DNA from: Nitrosopumilaceae archaeon
GTDB taxonomy: Archaea; Thermoproteota; Nitrososphaeria; Nitrososphaerales; Nitrosopumilaceae
Assembly (NCBI GenBank): GCA_965208905.1
Contig: OZ242365.1
Span: forward strand, 64,001 to 128,000
Reading direction: 5' to 3'
Length of the DNA stretch: 64,000 nt
Below the pieces are notes generated by a model that worked only from the letters and a program-made list of their open reading frames with translations, ran no database searches and was not told the origin of the DNA. Within the stretch, counting starts at the first letter, position 1. Every line of letters starts with the position of its first letter. Below are positions 49,549 to 60,344 of the stretch, piece after piece. A program made the position numbers and the translations under genes.

Positions 49549-49593
49549 TCTTTATTGTTTGGAGCTACGAAATATTTGAACTGTATCTATTTT

Positions 49594-50193
49594 TTATCTG
49601 GATGCTAGAGCTATACGTTCTAACTCATTCTTCTTTTTGACCGAAGGGGCTGCTGGATCGTTCTTTGATGCCAATATCAGGTGTTCTGCCATCCATTCTT
49701 CCACCGGCTTTGGATTGGCGTACGCTTTCTCTTTGATGCCATCAGCAATAAACCGTAGCGCTAAATCCACTCGGCGAATGGGCGCCACATCCACAGATAG
49801 GTGATATGTGGTACCGCCGTATACAATACGGGTGGTATCCTCGTTTGGTGCAGAATTTTCAATGGCCCTAACAAGCACTTCGATGGGATTTTTTCCTGTC
49901 TTTAATGATATTATCTCAAAGGATGTCTTTACTGTGTTGATGGCGCGGGTCTTTTTACCTGCCATTCGACCAGTATTCTTTGCATACCGCTTACCAAAAT
50001 GCATTATTTTGTTGCATAATCGTTCTACTATGTTGACATCGGCCTTGTTGTACCTCTTTAGGGCGGAGCGACCAAATGTATATGGAAGTATCTGCTTGCG
50101 CAGAGAGATGGATGTCTTTAGACCTGGATCTCTAATCTCTATATTGCTTGTGTCGTATTTGCGAAACAGAAGCATATTGTTGGGCTCGCTCAT
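49594..50193 (-). CDS. rps7: 30S ribosomal protein S7
   Basis: IVERL, NSAPNEDTTRI.YGG, RRVDLALR. Confidence 0.95.
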   Translation of the reverse strand: MSEPNNMLLFRKYDTSNIEIRDPGLKTSISLRKQILPYTFGRSALKRYNKADVNIVERLCNKIMHFGKRYAKNTGRMAGKKTRAINTVKTSFEIISLKTGKNPIEVLVRAIENSAPNEDTTRIVYGGTTYHLSVDVAPIRRVDLALRFIADGIKEKAYANPKPVEEWMAEHLILASKNDPAAPSVKKKNELERIALASR

Positions 50194-50198
50194 TATCT

Positions 50199-50636
50199 CT
50201 ACCTTCTGGGCTTCTCCTTCTTACCCGTAACTAGTTCATGTAACGATGTTCCATTCACTTTAAAGACTTTGAATCGAACACCGGGTATATCTCCCATGGC
50301 ACCTCCTTGAGTGGCGCCCATACCTTGTATGTGAACCTCATCATGCTCATCAATAAAGTTCAGTGCACCATCTCGTGGCAAAAATGCCGATACTGACTTG
50401 CCATTCTTTATGAGTTGCACCCGCACGCATTTCCTTACCGCCGAGTTTGGTTGCTTGGCGGCAACACCTATCTTCTCTAAAACTATTCCTCTGGCCTGGG
50501 GGGCGCCTGCCAATGGATCTGCCTTTTTGTCTATACCTAACTTACGACGTTTATAGGATGATATGGCCCAGCGTTGCTTCATTCTCTTTGTTTTGAGAAC
50601 TCGACCTGCAAATAATCCTAAAGGCGACTTTGTCAT
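50199..50636 (-). CDS. rps12: 30S ribosomal protein S12
   Basis: [25 protein letters not shown]. Confidence 0.96.
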   Translation of the reverse strand: MTKSPLGLFAGRVLKTKRMKQRWAISSYKRRKLGIDKKADPLAGAPQARGIVLEKIGVAAKQPNSAVRKCVRVQLIKNGKSVSAFLPRDGALNFIDEHDEVHIQGMGATQGGAMGDIPGVRFKVFKVNGTSLHELVTGKKEKPRR

Positions 50637-50640
50637 GCTA

Positions 50641-51102
50641 TCACTCTAACAATTGTTTTGGAGGGCTATTTATCATTACGTATCCGATATCAAAGTAGCG
50701 TTTGACCAATAACCGTGCCTTTTCGGCATTTTTACCCTCGCGGCCTACGACTATGCCCTTTTTACCTGCCTCCACAGTCACCAGGGCCTGTTTTGTACCG
50801 TCAGGCCGTAAAGTTATCTTGACATCATGTACCAGTTCCTTATTCAACATATTTTTTAAGAATTTTTCTGGCTCTTTGTGAAATTCTACAAGCTCAATAT
50901 TTCGTTTGATCAAATTTTTGAGCGACTTTATGTTGACTCCGCCACGGCCTATTGCCAGACCCATCTTGTCAGCCTCTACCACAAATATCACCCTATCCTT
51001 CTTCTCATCATCGATACAGTCACGCGCGGTGGACTTTGTGACTTTTTGGAATAATGACATCATTCTTATCTGTTCGCTGGTGAGTCTTATAGCCTGCATC
51101 AT
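50641..51102 (-). CDS. nusA: Archaeal NusA (two KH domains)
   Basis: AIGRGG, VGREGKN; conserved position. Confidence 0.9.
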   Translation of the reverse strand: MMQAIRLTSEQIRMMSLFQKVTKSTARDCIDDEKKDRVIFVVEADKMGLAIGRGGVNIKSLKNLIKRNIELVEFHKEPEKFLKNMLNKELVHDVKITLRPDGTKQALVTVEAGKKGIVVGREGKNAEKARLLVKRYFDIGYVMINSPPKQLLE

Positions 51103-51146
51103 ATATCCCGACTAATTCCACACCTGTATATATATAATGTTCAATA

Positions 51147-51449
51147 TTATTTATTCTCCCTTAGTATTGACTGTACAATGGAACTATTTACATCCGTTAA
51201 TGATAGTGCCGAGACTCGAAATTGTAAACCACACATCTTTCCTAGCGCCACGGATGTGCCATCAAACCGTAATGTTGGCACATTGGCCTCTTGCGCACTC
51301 TTCTCTATCTTGTCTAGTTCTGAGTTTGTCCGATTAGACAGTATCACCAAACTGGAATTTGACGCTGAACTTGCTACTTGCTTGATACCCAAAACCAGCT
51401 GTTTCTCTTTTACGGCATCCTTTAATGTCTTGTTTAGTAGCTTTTGCAT
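51147..51449 (-). CDS. rpl30e: 50S ribosomal protein L30e
   Basis: LVLG, LGKMCG..F; upstream of nusA. Confidence 0.88.
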   Translation of the reverse strand: MQKLLNKTLKDAVKEKQLVLGIKQVASSASNSSLVILSNRTNSELDKIEKSAQEANVPTLRFDGTSVALGKMCGLQFRVSALSLTDVNSSIVQSILRENK

Positions 51450-51499
51450 ACGCTATGGTGAAATTTATTGAATTTAAAGTTTGGTAATTAAAACCGTTT

Positions 51500-52513
51500 T
51501 TATGCTTTTGCAACCTTTAAGAGGTCTGACATTTTTATATCCATACCAAACCTGTCTTCGTTCTTTTTCATGTATCTATAGATGGATATGACATCTAAAA
51601 TAGAGTAAAGCATGTTGAATCTATGGTGAATCTTATTTTGTACAAATTTAAACACAGTATCGTATATTTTGTAGTGCTGTTCAACGGCCACTTCATATGC
51701 CTGAAAATCATCCATATTCTTTAATAATATCTCAACACACTGCATACTGGGTATTATTCCCTCTCCTAGTAATGCATATACAGTTCCAATGGACTCTCCT
51801 GCTCCTACTACCTTACCTGAGTAGTAAGGCTTACAATGGCCCGGTGTAGCTAAACGGATGGGGCGGCCTTTTGTAGCCAATATCTTGCCTCCATACTTTT
51901 TTAGGAATGCGTCAGTTGCCTTTACATGATTCTTTTTGTAGTCCCCTGCTCCAATATGCGCCATATTATTCCCCAATGGAAAGTACCAAAAATACCCAGA
52001 CATTCCTGGAAATGGTTCTATGTAGAAATCATCAAATGGAACCCCATTCTCATATACGACCTTGTACTCATATGTGGGAAGAAAAAAATCTTTTTTTAGT
52101 TTTGGCAGGTAACCACGATGAAACCCTGTGCAATCTACAATCATATCGTACTCCTCATTCAACCAATCTAGTTTGGGGGCTTGGCCATATACGACCTCTG
52201 AATCACGAATAAAGTCTTGAATGAGTCCCAGTTTATTATACGTACATAGCCCCTTTAACCCAATACCAAACTCTACATTGTTGCTCATCTTGACATCCAT
52301 GCGACTACCATCATGTATTAAGAAATCATCAAAGTTTCGATTGGTCTTTCTGCAATACTCTTCTAGTACGGGCTTTATTGTTCCCCATGCGCATATGGAG
52401 TCATGGCGCTGTTGCGTACTTCGCTCGTATCCCACGACATGGTGTTTAGAGTTGTGTAGGCGCGCCATCAAATAACTACCTGCCACACCCATCCCCATTA
52501 CGGCTATCTTCAT
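51500..52513 (-). CDS. FAD-dependent oxidoreductase, geranylgeranyl reductase family
   Basis: GMGVAG, GYFWYFP, GESIG.V..L.GEGI. Confidence 0.82.
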   Translation of the reverse strand: MKIAVMGMGVAGSYLMARLHNSKHHVVGYERSTQQRHDSICAWGTIKPVLEEYCRKTNRNFDDFLIHDGSRMDVKMSNNVEFGIGLKGLCTYNKLGLIQDFIRDSEVVYGQAPKLDWLNEEYDMIVDCTGFHRGYLPKLKKDFFLPTYEYKVVYENGVPFDDFYIEPFPGMSGYFWYFPLGNNMAHIGAGDYKKNHVKATDAFLKKYGGKILATKGRPIRLATPGHCKPYYSGKVVGAGESIGTVYALLGEGIIPSMQCVEILLKNMDDFQAYEVAVEQHYKIYDTVFKFVQNKIHHRFNMLYSILDVISIYRYMKKNEDRFGMDIKMSDLLKVAKA

Positions 52514-52543
52514 GAGCTCAGTCTACCTTGCACCTAATAAAAA

Positions 52544-54013
52544 GGGAATTATATACAAAAGTACACAGCCTCGGCTGCACACTCAAGCCTTTTCTGACGA
52601 CCTTGTTGTATAGAACGGAGCATGGCGGGTGTTGGTTTGTAGCCCTCCTTATGCCCCGGCCGTCTTAGGACGACCTTCCCAGCCGCCCGATGCAAAATAT
52701 TCCAGGCGGCATTAATATCCGCGTGGAATACCCTGGTACAATTAGTGCAAATGAATTTGTCGCGCGTGATACGCGACTCTGAGTCTACGTGTCCGCACAT
52801 ATGGCACGTCTGGCTCGTATATTTGGCCATCACCCCGCATAGCGGAATTCCCTCCCTCTCACATCGCTGCGCCAACTTCCTTAGAAACTCACCAAGTCTG
52901 TTCTCCCGCATGGAGCGATTCATGGCGCGTTTGTAATTCCCGCCATGTGCAGTCATGTCCTGTATAGATAATATCTCGGCTATGATGGCATCCGCACCTT
53001 GTACGATATATGATACCGTCTGGTTTATGGTGTTTACGGCGATGCCATCAGCCTTCCTGTATAATTGCTTTATTTGGTCGTTTAAAACACACCACTTCCG
53101 GCCATGCCGTACCTTGTGGTCGCGTATACTCTTGAGAGCGTCTATCTCCCGCAGTATTTCTCTGTGGCGCGTGTTGTGTATTGTGACATTGCCGTTTGTG
53201 TCAACAGTGACTGCCAAGTGCTTACCTCCCACATCCACACCCCGTACTACACCCGTATTACGGTGCGGCTTTACCGGTTCATGCACTGCGATATGTAATT
53301 CAAACATGTGGTCGGACGGCTTTGTATGCTTGTCCACCCGTTTGGTGACATCAACTATCTTGAATGACCGCATATCCAATGATGTATTGATTGGCTTGGC
53401 GGTCTTTACTATACCATATCCGGGTATTCGTACAGTATGATCATCCTTCCGTACAGGTGGGTTTGCGCAACTAAGTATGATGCGGCTGTCTTTACGGCGG
53501 TATGGAGCGTGGTTGGAGTTATCATCCATAACTCTTCTACATGCGATGGAGGCATCCTGTATGGCGCCACGGCCAAACGATACAGGACATTCGCGCAGCC
53601 ATGTATGTTTGGCGCGCCACTTCGTAAGCTGTTTATACATGCCGTACTTTAGTCTCCTCTTTGATGGACCAAAGTCATATACCTGGTAGTAATCGTCCAG
53701 TGTACCGGATGTAAAACCATCTAGTGTGTTTGGTAGTTTGAATGGCTGCAGGATATCAACTACCACCCTCTCCATATATTCACCACCAAACAAATACTCT
53801 GAAACGGCGCGGTTGTACACATACCGTGTAACATGGCCCATGCGGTGCGCCCACTCTGCAAACAACTCATCCCTTCGCAATGGTACCTTGACTATCCGTA
53901 TCATGATGTGTCATACGGTATTATGGTATTTAAGGGGATTGTTGTATCACGAAATCTGTGTTGGGTCAACATTGACTCTCAAAACAGAGACTGTACTTTT
54001 GTATGTAATTCCC
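52544..54013 (-). mobile_element. Second GGGAATTAT-TIR tnpB cassette
   Basis: TIR 52544-52565 vs 53992-54013 (21/22); same layout and size as 38957-40422; no TSD. Confidence 0.88.
52549..53904 (-). CDS. tnpB: TnpB-family RNA-guided endonuclease
   Basis: GVDVGGKHLA, IIAEIL, CHMCG..CTNC, HADINAAWNI; paralog of 38962-40314. Confidence 0.92.
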   Translation of the reverse strand: MIRIVKVPLRRDELFAEWAHRMGHVTRYVYNRAVSEYLFGGEYMERVVVDILQPFKLPNTLDGFTSGTLDDYYQVYDFGPSKRRLKYGMYKQLTKWRAKHTWLRECPVSFGRGAIQDASIACRRVMDDNSNHAPYRRKDSRIILSCANPPVRKDDHTVRIPGYGIVKTAKPINTSLDMRSFKIVDVTKRVDKHTKPSDHMFELHIAVHEPVKPHRNTGVVRGVDVGGKHLAVTVDTNGNVTIHNTRHREILREIDALKSIRDHKVRHGRKWCVLNDQIKQLYRKADGIAVNTINQTVSYIVQGADAIIAEILSIQDMTAHGGNYKRAMNRSMRENRLGEFLRKLAQRCEREGIPLCGVMAKYTSQTCHMCGHVDSESRITRDKFICTNCTRVFHADINAAWNILHRAAGKVVLRRPGHKEGYKPTPAMLRSIQQGRQKRLECAAEAVYFCI

Positions 54014-54155
54014 AAATTTTTTCAAATACTCATACCGTCTCTAGTGCCAACACCTCGCAATAATGCATACTGCGAACAATTTGCATATGTGATACACTTG
54101 TGGTCTCACTAATTGTGTAGAAAAATTCTTAAAATGGTGCATCTTAAGTGGTGTT

Positions 54156-55358
54156 ATGAATTTGATGTATATCGCTATGTTGATGGCTGTGGTCTTGTCT
54201 GGCTCCATGGCATACGCAACTTCGGGAACTACTAGTGGTGGCAGCTTGGATGTGGAGATTGAATTTGATGAATCTTACATGATAATAGAATTTATCAATC
54301 CGGCCACCGGAACCCTCCAAGAACATGTAGATTATACTGTAAGCGTAACAAATGGCGATGATGATCTGTTTGGCCCCATCCCACTAACCCACACTACCCC
54401 CGGCAAGGTGAACATTCCAGTTACACTGGCTGATGGAACCAACGACATCACCATAGATGTTAGGGGAATACTGTTTATACCAATTGATAGCGAGACGCTG
54501 GTGTTGCAGGTGAATGTGGGTGATGTTGCAATACCTGATTGGATCAAGACCAATGTGGATTGGTGGGTCCAAGGACATCTTGATGATGATACATTTCTAA
54601 ATAGTATTCAATATCTGATAGGCGTTGGTGTAATCCCGGTAGAGAATACATCCGACAAAGAGTCTGATGCTCCTGTGCCTGATTGGGTTAAGGATACTGC
54701 TGACTGGTGGGTTGAGGGACTGGTCTCTGATAACGAATTTCTAAACGCTTTGGGATATCTGATTGATCAGGGCATATTGTCTGTAGGGTTTGAATCATCT
54801 GATGTACTGGTTATAGGAGGTGTGGATTTGAGTCGCGCATCACCCTTGTTGGGGGATACTGATGCACCGATAACCATAATTGAGTTTGGAGATTATCAAT
54901 GCCCTAACTGTAAAAAATGGTTCACCGAATCAAGACCAGCATTGGAGTCTAATTATATAGAACCGGGCCTGGTTAGTGTCTACTTTGTGGATTTGGCTTT
55001 TATAGGTGAGGACTCGAATCGTGCTGCAGCTGCATCATACTGTGCTCAAGAGCAAGGCCTGTATTGGGAGTATCATGATGTGTTGTATGAGCGCCAAGCT
55101 GGAACAAACTCGGGTTGGGCATCAGATGAAAATTTGGCACAATTTGCTGCAGATGTTGGATTGGATGTAGCGATGTACCAGTCGTGTATGGACTTGGATC
55201 ATCAAGAGAGAGTATCCTTTAATCTGTCACAAGCTACGCAGAACGGCGTCAGTCGTACACCTTCGTTCATTATATTTGGTCCGGGCGGCACTGAACAGAT
55301 ATCAGGTAACCAGCCGTATGCAGTGCTTGACAGTGTCCTTCAGGATATGTTGAACTGA
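54156..55358 (+). CDS. Secreted DsbA/thioredoxin-fold protein with thaumarchaeal IPDWIK repeats
   Basis: Signal peptide, two (I/V)PDW.K...WW..G repeats, DYQCPNC, TPSF, QPY. Confidence 0.85.
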   Translation: MNLMYIAMLMAVVLSGSMAYATSGTTSGGSLDVEIEFDESYMIIEFINPATGTLQEHVDYTVSVTNGDDDLFGPIPLTHTTPGKVNIPVTLADGTNDITIDVRGILFIPIDSETLVLQVNVGDVAIPDWIKTNVDWWVQGHLDDDTFLNSIQYLIGVGVIPVENTSDKESDAPVPDWVKDTADWWVEGLVSDNEFLNALGYLIDQGILSVGFESSDVLVIGGVDLSRASPLLGDTDAPITIIEFGDYQCPNCKKWFTESRPALESNYIEPGLVSVYFVDLAFIGEDSNRAAAASYCAQEQGLYWEYHDVLYERQAGTNSGWASDENLAQFAADVGLDVAMYQSCMDLDHQERVSFNLSQATQNGVSRTPSFIIFGPGGTEQISGNQPYAVLDSVLQDMLN

Positions 55359-55393
55359 GACTCCATCATTTTCCAAACCTGCAAAGATATACT

Positions 55394-56068
55394 GTGGTAC
55401 GTCGAGTAAGCAGATTTTCGGTAATTGTACGTAATGATGAGGGTGAATATTTGGCTCATCTTACTAATAGTGGCCGTCTTTTAGATTTGATATTTCCTGG
55501 AAGTTCATGTCTGTGTGTTTCAAAGCGACCTGCCAAGACCACACTAAAAATTGTGGGTGTTCCAGTATCAAAAGAGTGGGCCGTCTTAATTGATCCCCAT
55601 GAGCAGACTAGATGTTTTGTTAATGCAGCTGATGCTGGAGCGATTCAATGGTTGGATGGTTGGCGTATTACAGGTACCGAAGTTAACTGCGATGAATCTC
55701 GAATAGACTACAAAATCACCAGATACGAGGATAACAGTATAGGTTTTATCGAGACTAAATCCGCAGCCATGCTGTTATCTGGAAACGTGGGTTCGTTTCC
55801 GGACTGTCCCACCATACGAGGCCGCAAACACGTAAAGACAATGCTCCGTCTTGCCGATAAACATAGAAGTATTATACTATTTTTGGTACAACACCCTGAT
55901 GCAGAATCATTCTCTCCTAGCATTCAAGGCGACAAACAATTTGTCGCGGATTTGGCAGATGCAGTCGACGACGGGGTTGAGGTGCGAGCCGTAAAGATGT
56001 CTTTGAATTTAGATGGTGATGTAATACTGTTTAATTCTGATTTAAAGTGTATTATTCCTCAATTATGA
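55394..56068 (+). CDS. sfsA: SfsA-family nuclease
   Basis: AHLTNSGRL, SRID, ETKS, FPD.PT.RG.KH. Confidence 0.88.
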   Translation: MVRRVSRFSVIVRNDEGEYLAHLTNSGRLLDLIFPGSSCLCVSKRPAKTTLKIVGVPVSKEWAVLIDPHEQTRCFVNAADAGAIQWLDGWRITGTEVNCDESRIDYKITRYEDNSIGFIETKSAAMLLSGNVGSFPDCPTIRGRKHVKTMLRLADKHRSIILFLVQHPDAESFSPSIQGDKQFVADLADAVDDGVEVRAVKMSLNLDGDVILFNSDLKCIIPQL

Positions 56069-56808
56069 TGGAATTTTTGACCATTCTGCTAATTAAAAAA
56101 ACTGTTTAACACTTTTCAATAATCTTTGGATATTAAATAGAGTTTTGCCATACTCTAGGTATAAATCTCAAAAGATAGTCAAATATTTATCTAAAATGTT
56201 AATTAAAATTGTTAATAGAACGATCTTTTTTGGTTAAATGATCAAACAAACTTCACCTATATAGTGGCGGGTATATAATTTCATGACGTACACCATCAAA
56301 ATATTGCCGCGCTGTCTATTATTTGTAATATTCTTATTTGATACAGTCTTGGTATTTTGTCTATGACTGGGAATATGCAATTCTGTTGTACATATATCCA
56401 AATTTAATCACCTATCACGTATAGCAGTAAAGCTGTATGGTATATTGGCTGCCATGCCAAAGAGTAGAGATGAGCAGTCTCTATCTTCTACATTTAACCA
56501 TAAAATAATATTCGATGATTATGTTGTCAACAAATCTCCTGTGCAATGAAGACTATGTCCGCCAATGTGCGAGTGTGCGTACTACACAAAGTGTAGGTGT
56601 AGCATATGGCCACAGCAGAATAACTGATGGTGGCCAAAACATAATGTAGATGCGCCTAAGAAAATACGCTGGTAGGCCCACATGGACCTGTTCTAATTAT
56701 TCATTATACAATTTAGAGGCATTTAGATCATCACTCGACCTTGGGGGCCGAACCTTACATTATAAGTTTTTTATACTATAAACAATATAGATGTATATGG
56801 ATAATGTC

Positions 56809-57075
56809 ATGCGTAAGGGATCGTGTAGAGGAATTTGTGGGGCATACCGTGTCAAAAAACCACACGGCGCCACTCGATATGGTTCTGGACAAGGACGCTG
56901 TCAGATATGTGATGTTTGGATAGATCACCGTGGTTGCCATGTCAAAGATGGCTCTCAGGCAGCGAAAGATACTATTGGATGGTTCTGTAACTGTTGCAAT
57001 TATCGGGTTAGACAAAAACCACGCAATAAAATATACAAAGAGAAATTAAACAGCTACAAACAGAGTATTATGTAG
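56809..57075 (+). CDS. Small Cys-rich Zn-finger protein
   Basis: C.GIC, RCQIC, CNCC...R.KPR. Confidence 0.65.
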   Translation: MRKGSCRGICGAYRVKKPHGATRYGSGQGRCQICDVWIDHRGCHVKDGSQAAKDTIGWFCNCCNYRVRQKPRNKIYKEKLNSYKQSIM

Positions 57076-57108
57076 CTATATATGATCAGTTAAGGGGCGA
57101 TTTATCAA

Positions 57109-59145
57109 CTATATCCCACTTTTATCGATACTTGTGAGTTTGTCACGCCGTCTCTTCAATACGGCGAATATGGCAATAATTGCAGTAATCCATACAGTTG
57201 CGAATATTACATTGGAGAAGTTCACGTATAGGTAAGGAATTGCCTCTATCAAATTCTTCTGCATTGTATCGGCACGACCATTTATGTCCATCATGGCGAC
57301 ATGATACGCCGAGCTATCCAATGGCAGTGTTTCGGCAACGGCCAAACTCGTACGCATGTGTTGTAGATCAACTTGTATGCTATTCAGGTCTGTAGTTATG
57401 GTGGGGAATATCCATACCGGATTACCATTGGGAATTTTATCCAACACTTTTGTAATATCTGTATCAATCGCATTAAGGTGCGACTGTATGACAGCGGTAT
57501 CTGACGATCGTAGTATGCCGTTTAGGTGCCCGCGCATGCGGTCTACAGGGTATATGTCTTCACTGTATCCTTGGAGTGCTAGAATGGTGCCTGCCACTAT
57601 TATTCCTATGATGCCCACCATTGCAGCTTTATAGATTCTATTTGCCATCTTCTCTTCCTTTGTAGGTGTGTGGTGTATCGCCGATTTATGTCTTTTAAAT
57701 CTGGAGTGGGCCAAGCTCAAGTATGTAACGTAAAAGTATCCTATGGTCTGTATTGCAATAATGGGTACAAAGACAGGATATCCATATAACATGGCGATCA
57801 TTATGCCCAACACACCATATAAGGCAAAGAATATCTCTAGTAGTGTGACTTTAGTGAATGGCAGGTTGTATGCATTTTCCTTCCAATCGTCTCGGGATTT
57901 GAGAGTGCCATACTTTGGTGTGCGATGAAAGACATTCTTCTTTCCCACAATGGCATCAAAAACGGCTACGGTGTTGTTCACCGAAAGCCCCGCATTATAT
58001 ATCAAGAGAAACGGCAATGTCTTGGCCTTCTTCTTCCATGAGTCATGATAGACATTCTGCATTATCATAAGATATGCGCCAGGTCCCATCATAAGATATG
58101 CCGCTATTGTCAGAGATGGCAAAAAGCTGAGTAGGTACAAATCTACGCCCTGTGTTAATAAAAGCGGCAACGCAAGAAACTGTATCAACATGAACGGATA
58201 CACTATATGGCGTGTCAGCTGTACAAACGCCTGTATCTTGGCGTTGATATTAATTCCCCGCTTTATGACTATGTTGGACAATAACTTTAGGGCACACTGT
58301 ATGGATCCTTTGGCCCATCGAAACTGCTGCCTTTTGGCGGCATTCATCTGTACTGGCAACTCTGCATCAACAACCACATCGGGTAGAAATACACACTTCC
58401 ACCCCTTCATCTGGGCCCTATAGCTGAGATCTAAATCCTCTACTAGTGTGGCGGTGTGCCACCCGCCTGCATCATCTATGCACTCCCGGCGCCATATGCC
58501 TGCAGTCCCATTAAAGTTCATAAATAGTTGTGAGTTACTCTTGGCCTTCTGTTCAACCAAAAAATGAAAGTCTAGACTAAGAGCTTGTGCTCGCGTTATA
58601 GCTGAATACTCCTCATTTGCATGACCCCACCTACACTGGACCAATCCTATCTTGGAAGATGAGAAGTGTGGTATGGCCTTTCTTAAGAACCATGTGGGAG
58701 GCATAAAATCTGCATCAAATATTGCCACAAATTCAGTATCTGTAGTATACATGGCATTCTTTAATGCACCTGCCTTGTAGCCGGCTCTACTATCTCGACG
58801 CACATATTGTATCTGAAATCCCTGCCGCTGATATGATTTTGTTACGTCCATGAGTAGCGTGGATGTCTCATCGTTTGAATCGTCAAGTACCATTATTTTC
58901 ATCTTGTCTTTGGGATAGTCCATGGCACAGACCGCATCAACCAATCGTTTGGCTACATACTTTTCATTATATACGGGGAGCTGTATTGTAACTGACGGAG
59001 TACCTAAGTCTGCTACTGAGTTTGTGTCTTTACGACGGGCTGCCAGTACGGCCAGGTAGTAAAAGTTGCACGTATATGTTGTTATGATTACGGCTGAGAG
59101 TATAAAGATATCTAGTATGAATTGAAAGAATGGGTTTCCGACCAC
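57109..59145 (-). CDS. GT2 processive glycosyltransferase (cellulose-synthase-like)
   Basis: QLPVYNE, DDS, KAG, FDAD, EDLD, QQFRW, multiple TM helices. Confidence 0.88.
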   Translation of the reverse strand: MVGNPFFQFILDIFILSAVIITTYTCNFYYLAVLAARRKDTNSVADLGTPSVTIQLPVYNEKYVAKRLVDAVCAMDYPKDKMKIMVLDDSNDETSTLLMDVTKSYQRQGFQIQYVRRDSRAGYKAGALKNAMYTTDTEFVAIFDADFMPPTWFLRKAIPHFSSSKIGLVQCRWGHANEEYSAITRAQALSLDFHFLVEQKAKSNSQLFMNFNGTAGIWRRECIDDAGGWHTATLVEDLDLSYRAQMKGWKCVFLPDVVVDAELPVQMNAAKRQQFRWAKGSIQCALKLLSNIVIKRGININAKIQAFVQLTRHIVYPFMLIQFLALPLLLTQGVDLYLLSFLPSLTIAAYLMMGPGAYLMIMQNVYHDSWKKKAKTLPFLLIYNAGLSVNNTVAVFDAIVGKKNVFHRTPKYGTLKSRDDWKENAYNLPFTKVTLLEIFFALYGVLGIMIAMLYGYPVFVPIIAIQTIGYFYVTYLSLAHSRFKRHKSAIHHTPTKEEKMANRIYKAAMVGIIGIIVAGTILALQGYSEDIYPVDRMRGHLNGILRSSDTAVIQSHLNAIDTDITKVLDKIPNGNPVWIFPTITTDLNSIQVDLQHMRTSLAVAETLPLDSSAYHVAMMDINGRADTMQKNLIEAIPYLYVNFSNVIFATVWITAIIAIFAVLKRRRDKLTSIDKSGI

Positions 59146-59191
59146 ACTGTATATGACTATCTATCAAATATTTATATTTGGAAGTGGGCGA

Positions 59192-60148
59192 TTAGGACTT
59201 TTGCTCAAAGATCTTTATAGCTTGTGGCGGACATACGCCCTCACAGGCTAGACAGAATATGCAATCTGGTTCCTTTGACATTAGCGGTTTTTTATCCGAT
59301 GCGGCATTTCCTGGCGTATCAAACCATTCATAAACGTCTACCGGGCAGGCATCAATACATGCTCCATCTGCCACGCAGATGTCATAGTCCACTGAGACAA
59401 ACTCGCCCCACACCCCCATTACCTGATTGTCTTCACCTTTGCGACCCCAAGTCTTGATGGTGTGTCCTTCCACTGCATAGGGTTTGGATGTCTTCGTGTG
59501 CGACTTGAACTCTATGTCTATGGGACCAGGCTTGGCTCCATCTGGAACCTCAATCTCTTCTTCTATGGGCGCCGCAGGCCCTCCAGACTTTGCCACTGGT
59601 TTTGGCTTAGGTTTTGCGTTCGGTACTATCTTTGCCAAAGGCGTTAACTCCAACAATCTTTCATATCCCTCTTTATCTCCTATCTTTTCACGTTTCTTTA
59701 ACGCCTCAATCATTTTGTCTCCCATTACGGTATTGCGGAGTGCAGTATCAATCATCATCTTTGCAAAATAGTCTGCTTTCTTTCTATAGTCCTTGACCCA
59801 TTGCGGATCGCCAAACTTTTCAATGGGGAATATCTGGTATATGATATCAACTACCTCGCCGGTGACTATCTCGACAGTAACTGATAACTCCACCTCCTCA
59901 TATCCTGGCGCATCCTCATCTGGCATACTCTTCTCTGTCCAACGATATGTCATGTATATACGATCAGCGTAGGCATCCATCTCGAATGTCTTCTTTAGGC
60001 CATCATGTATGGATTGTATGTCAGTGGGTTCATCTACTGTGATGGGTAATCTGTACAGACCAAGTTTGAAACCATGTAGTGGATATACCCCACGCTTGGC
60101 AGTGGGCGCCTCCATAGACCAAACTCTATCTTTGAGTAACAAAGACAT
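59192..60148 (-). CDS. Protein with C-terminal ferredoxin (Fe-S dicluster) domain
   Basis: CVADGACIDACP and CIFCLACEGVCP. Confidence 0.85.
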   Translation of the reverse strand: MSLLLKDRVWSMEAPTAKRGVYPLHGFKLGLYRLPITVDEPTDIQSIHDGLKKTFEMDAYADRIYMTYRWTEKSMPDEDAPGYEEVELSVTVEIVTGEVVDIIYQIFPIEKFGDPQWVKDYRKKADYFAKMMIDTALRNTVMGDKMIEALKKREKIGDKEGYERLLELTPLAKIVPNAKPKPKPVAKSGGPAAPIEEEIEVPDGAKPGPIDIEFKSHTKTSKPYAVEGHTIKTWGRKGEDNQVMGVWGEFVSVDYDICVADGACIDACPVDVYEWFDTPGNAASDKKPLMSKEPDCIFCLACEGVCPPQAIKIFEQKS

Positions 60149-60206
60149 AATATTGTATACTCATTTTGGTTTTAAAAAGTTATCGATAGTTTCAGCGTCT
60201 TTCTGC

Positions 60207-60344
60207 TAACGTACTTGCACATGCCCCGGGTTTGTCTTGGGACCGCCTTTATTTTTTCAGATTCGGTTTGGTTGTCCATGCGCCGGGCAGGAATTGAGAT
60301 CATTAATCCCTTACGCAATGCGAGGTTATTTTTGATTTCAACTA
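60207..60344 (-). pseudogene. IS630 left-end remnant
   Basis: TTATTTTTGATTTCAACTA (60326-60344) is 17/19 to the IS630 TIR; MDNQTESEKIKAV resembles MNNQTNAQKIKAA. Confidence 0.7.

Noticed and set aside
56070-56740. AT-rich gap as replication origin or ncRNA
   Set aside because: No ORB-like repeats, adjacent cdc6 or recognisable structure.
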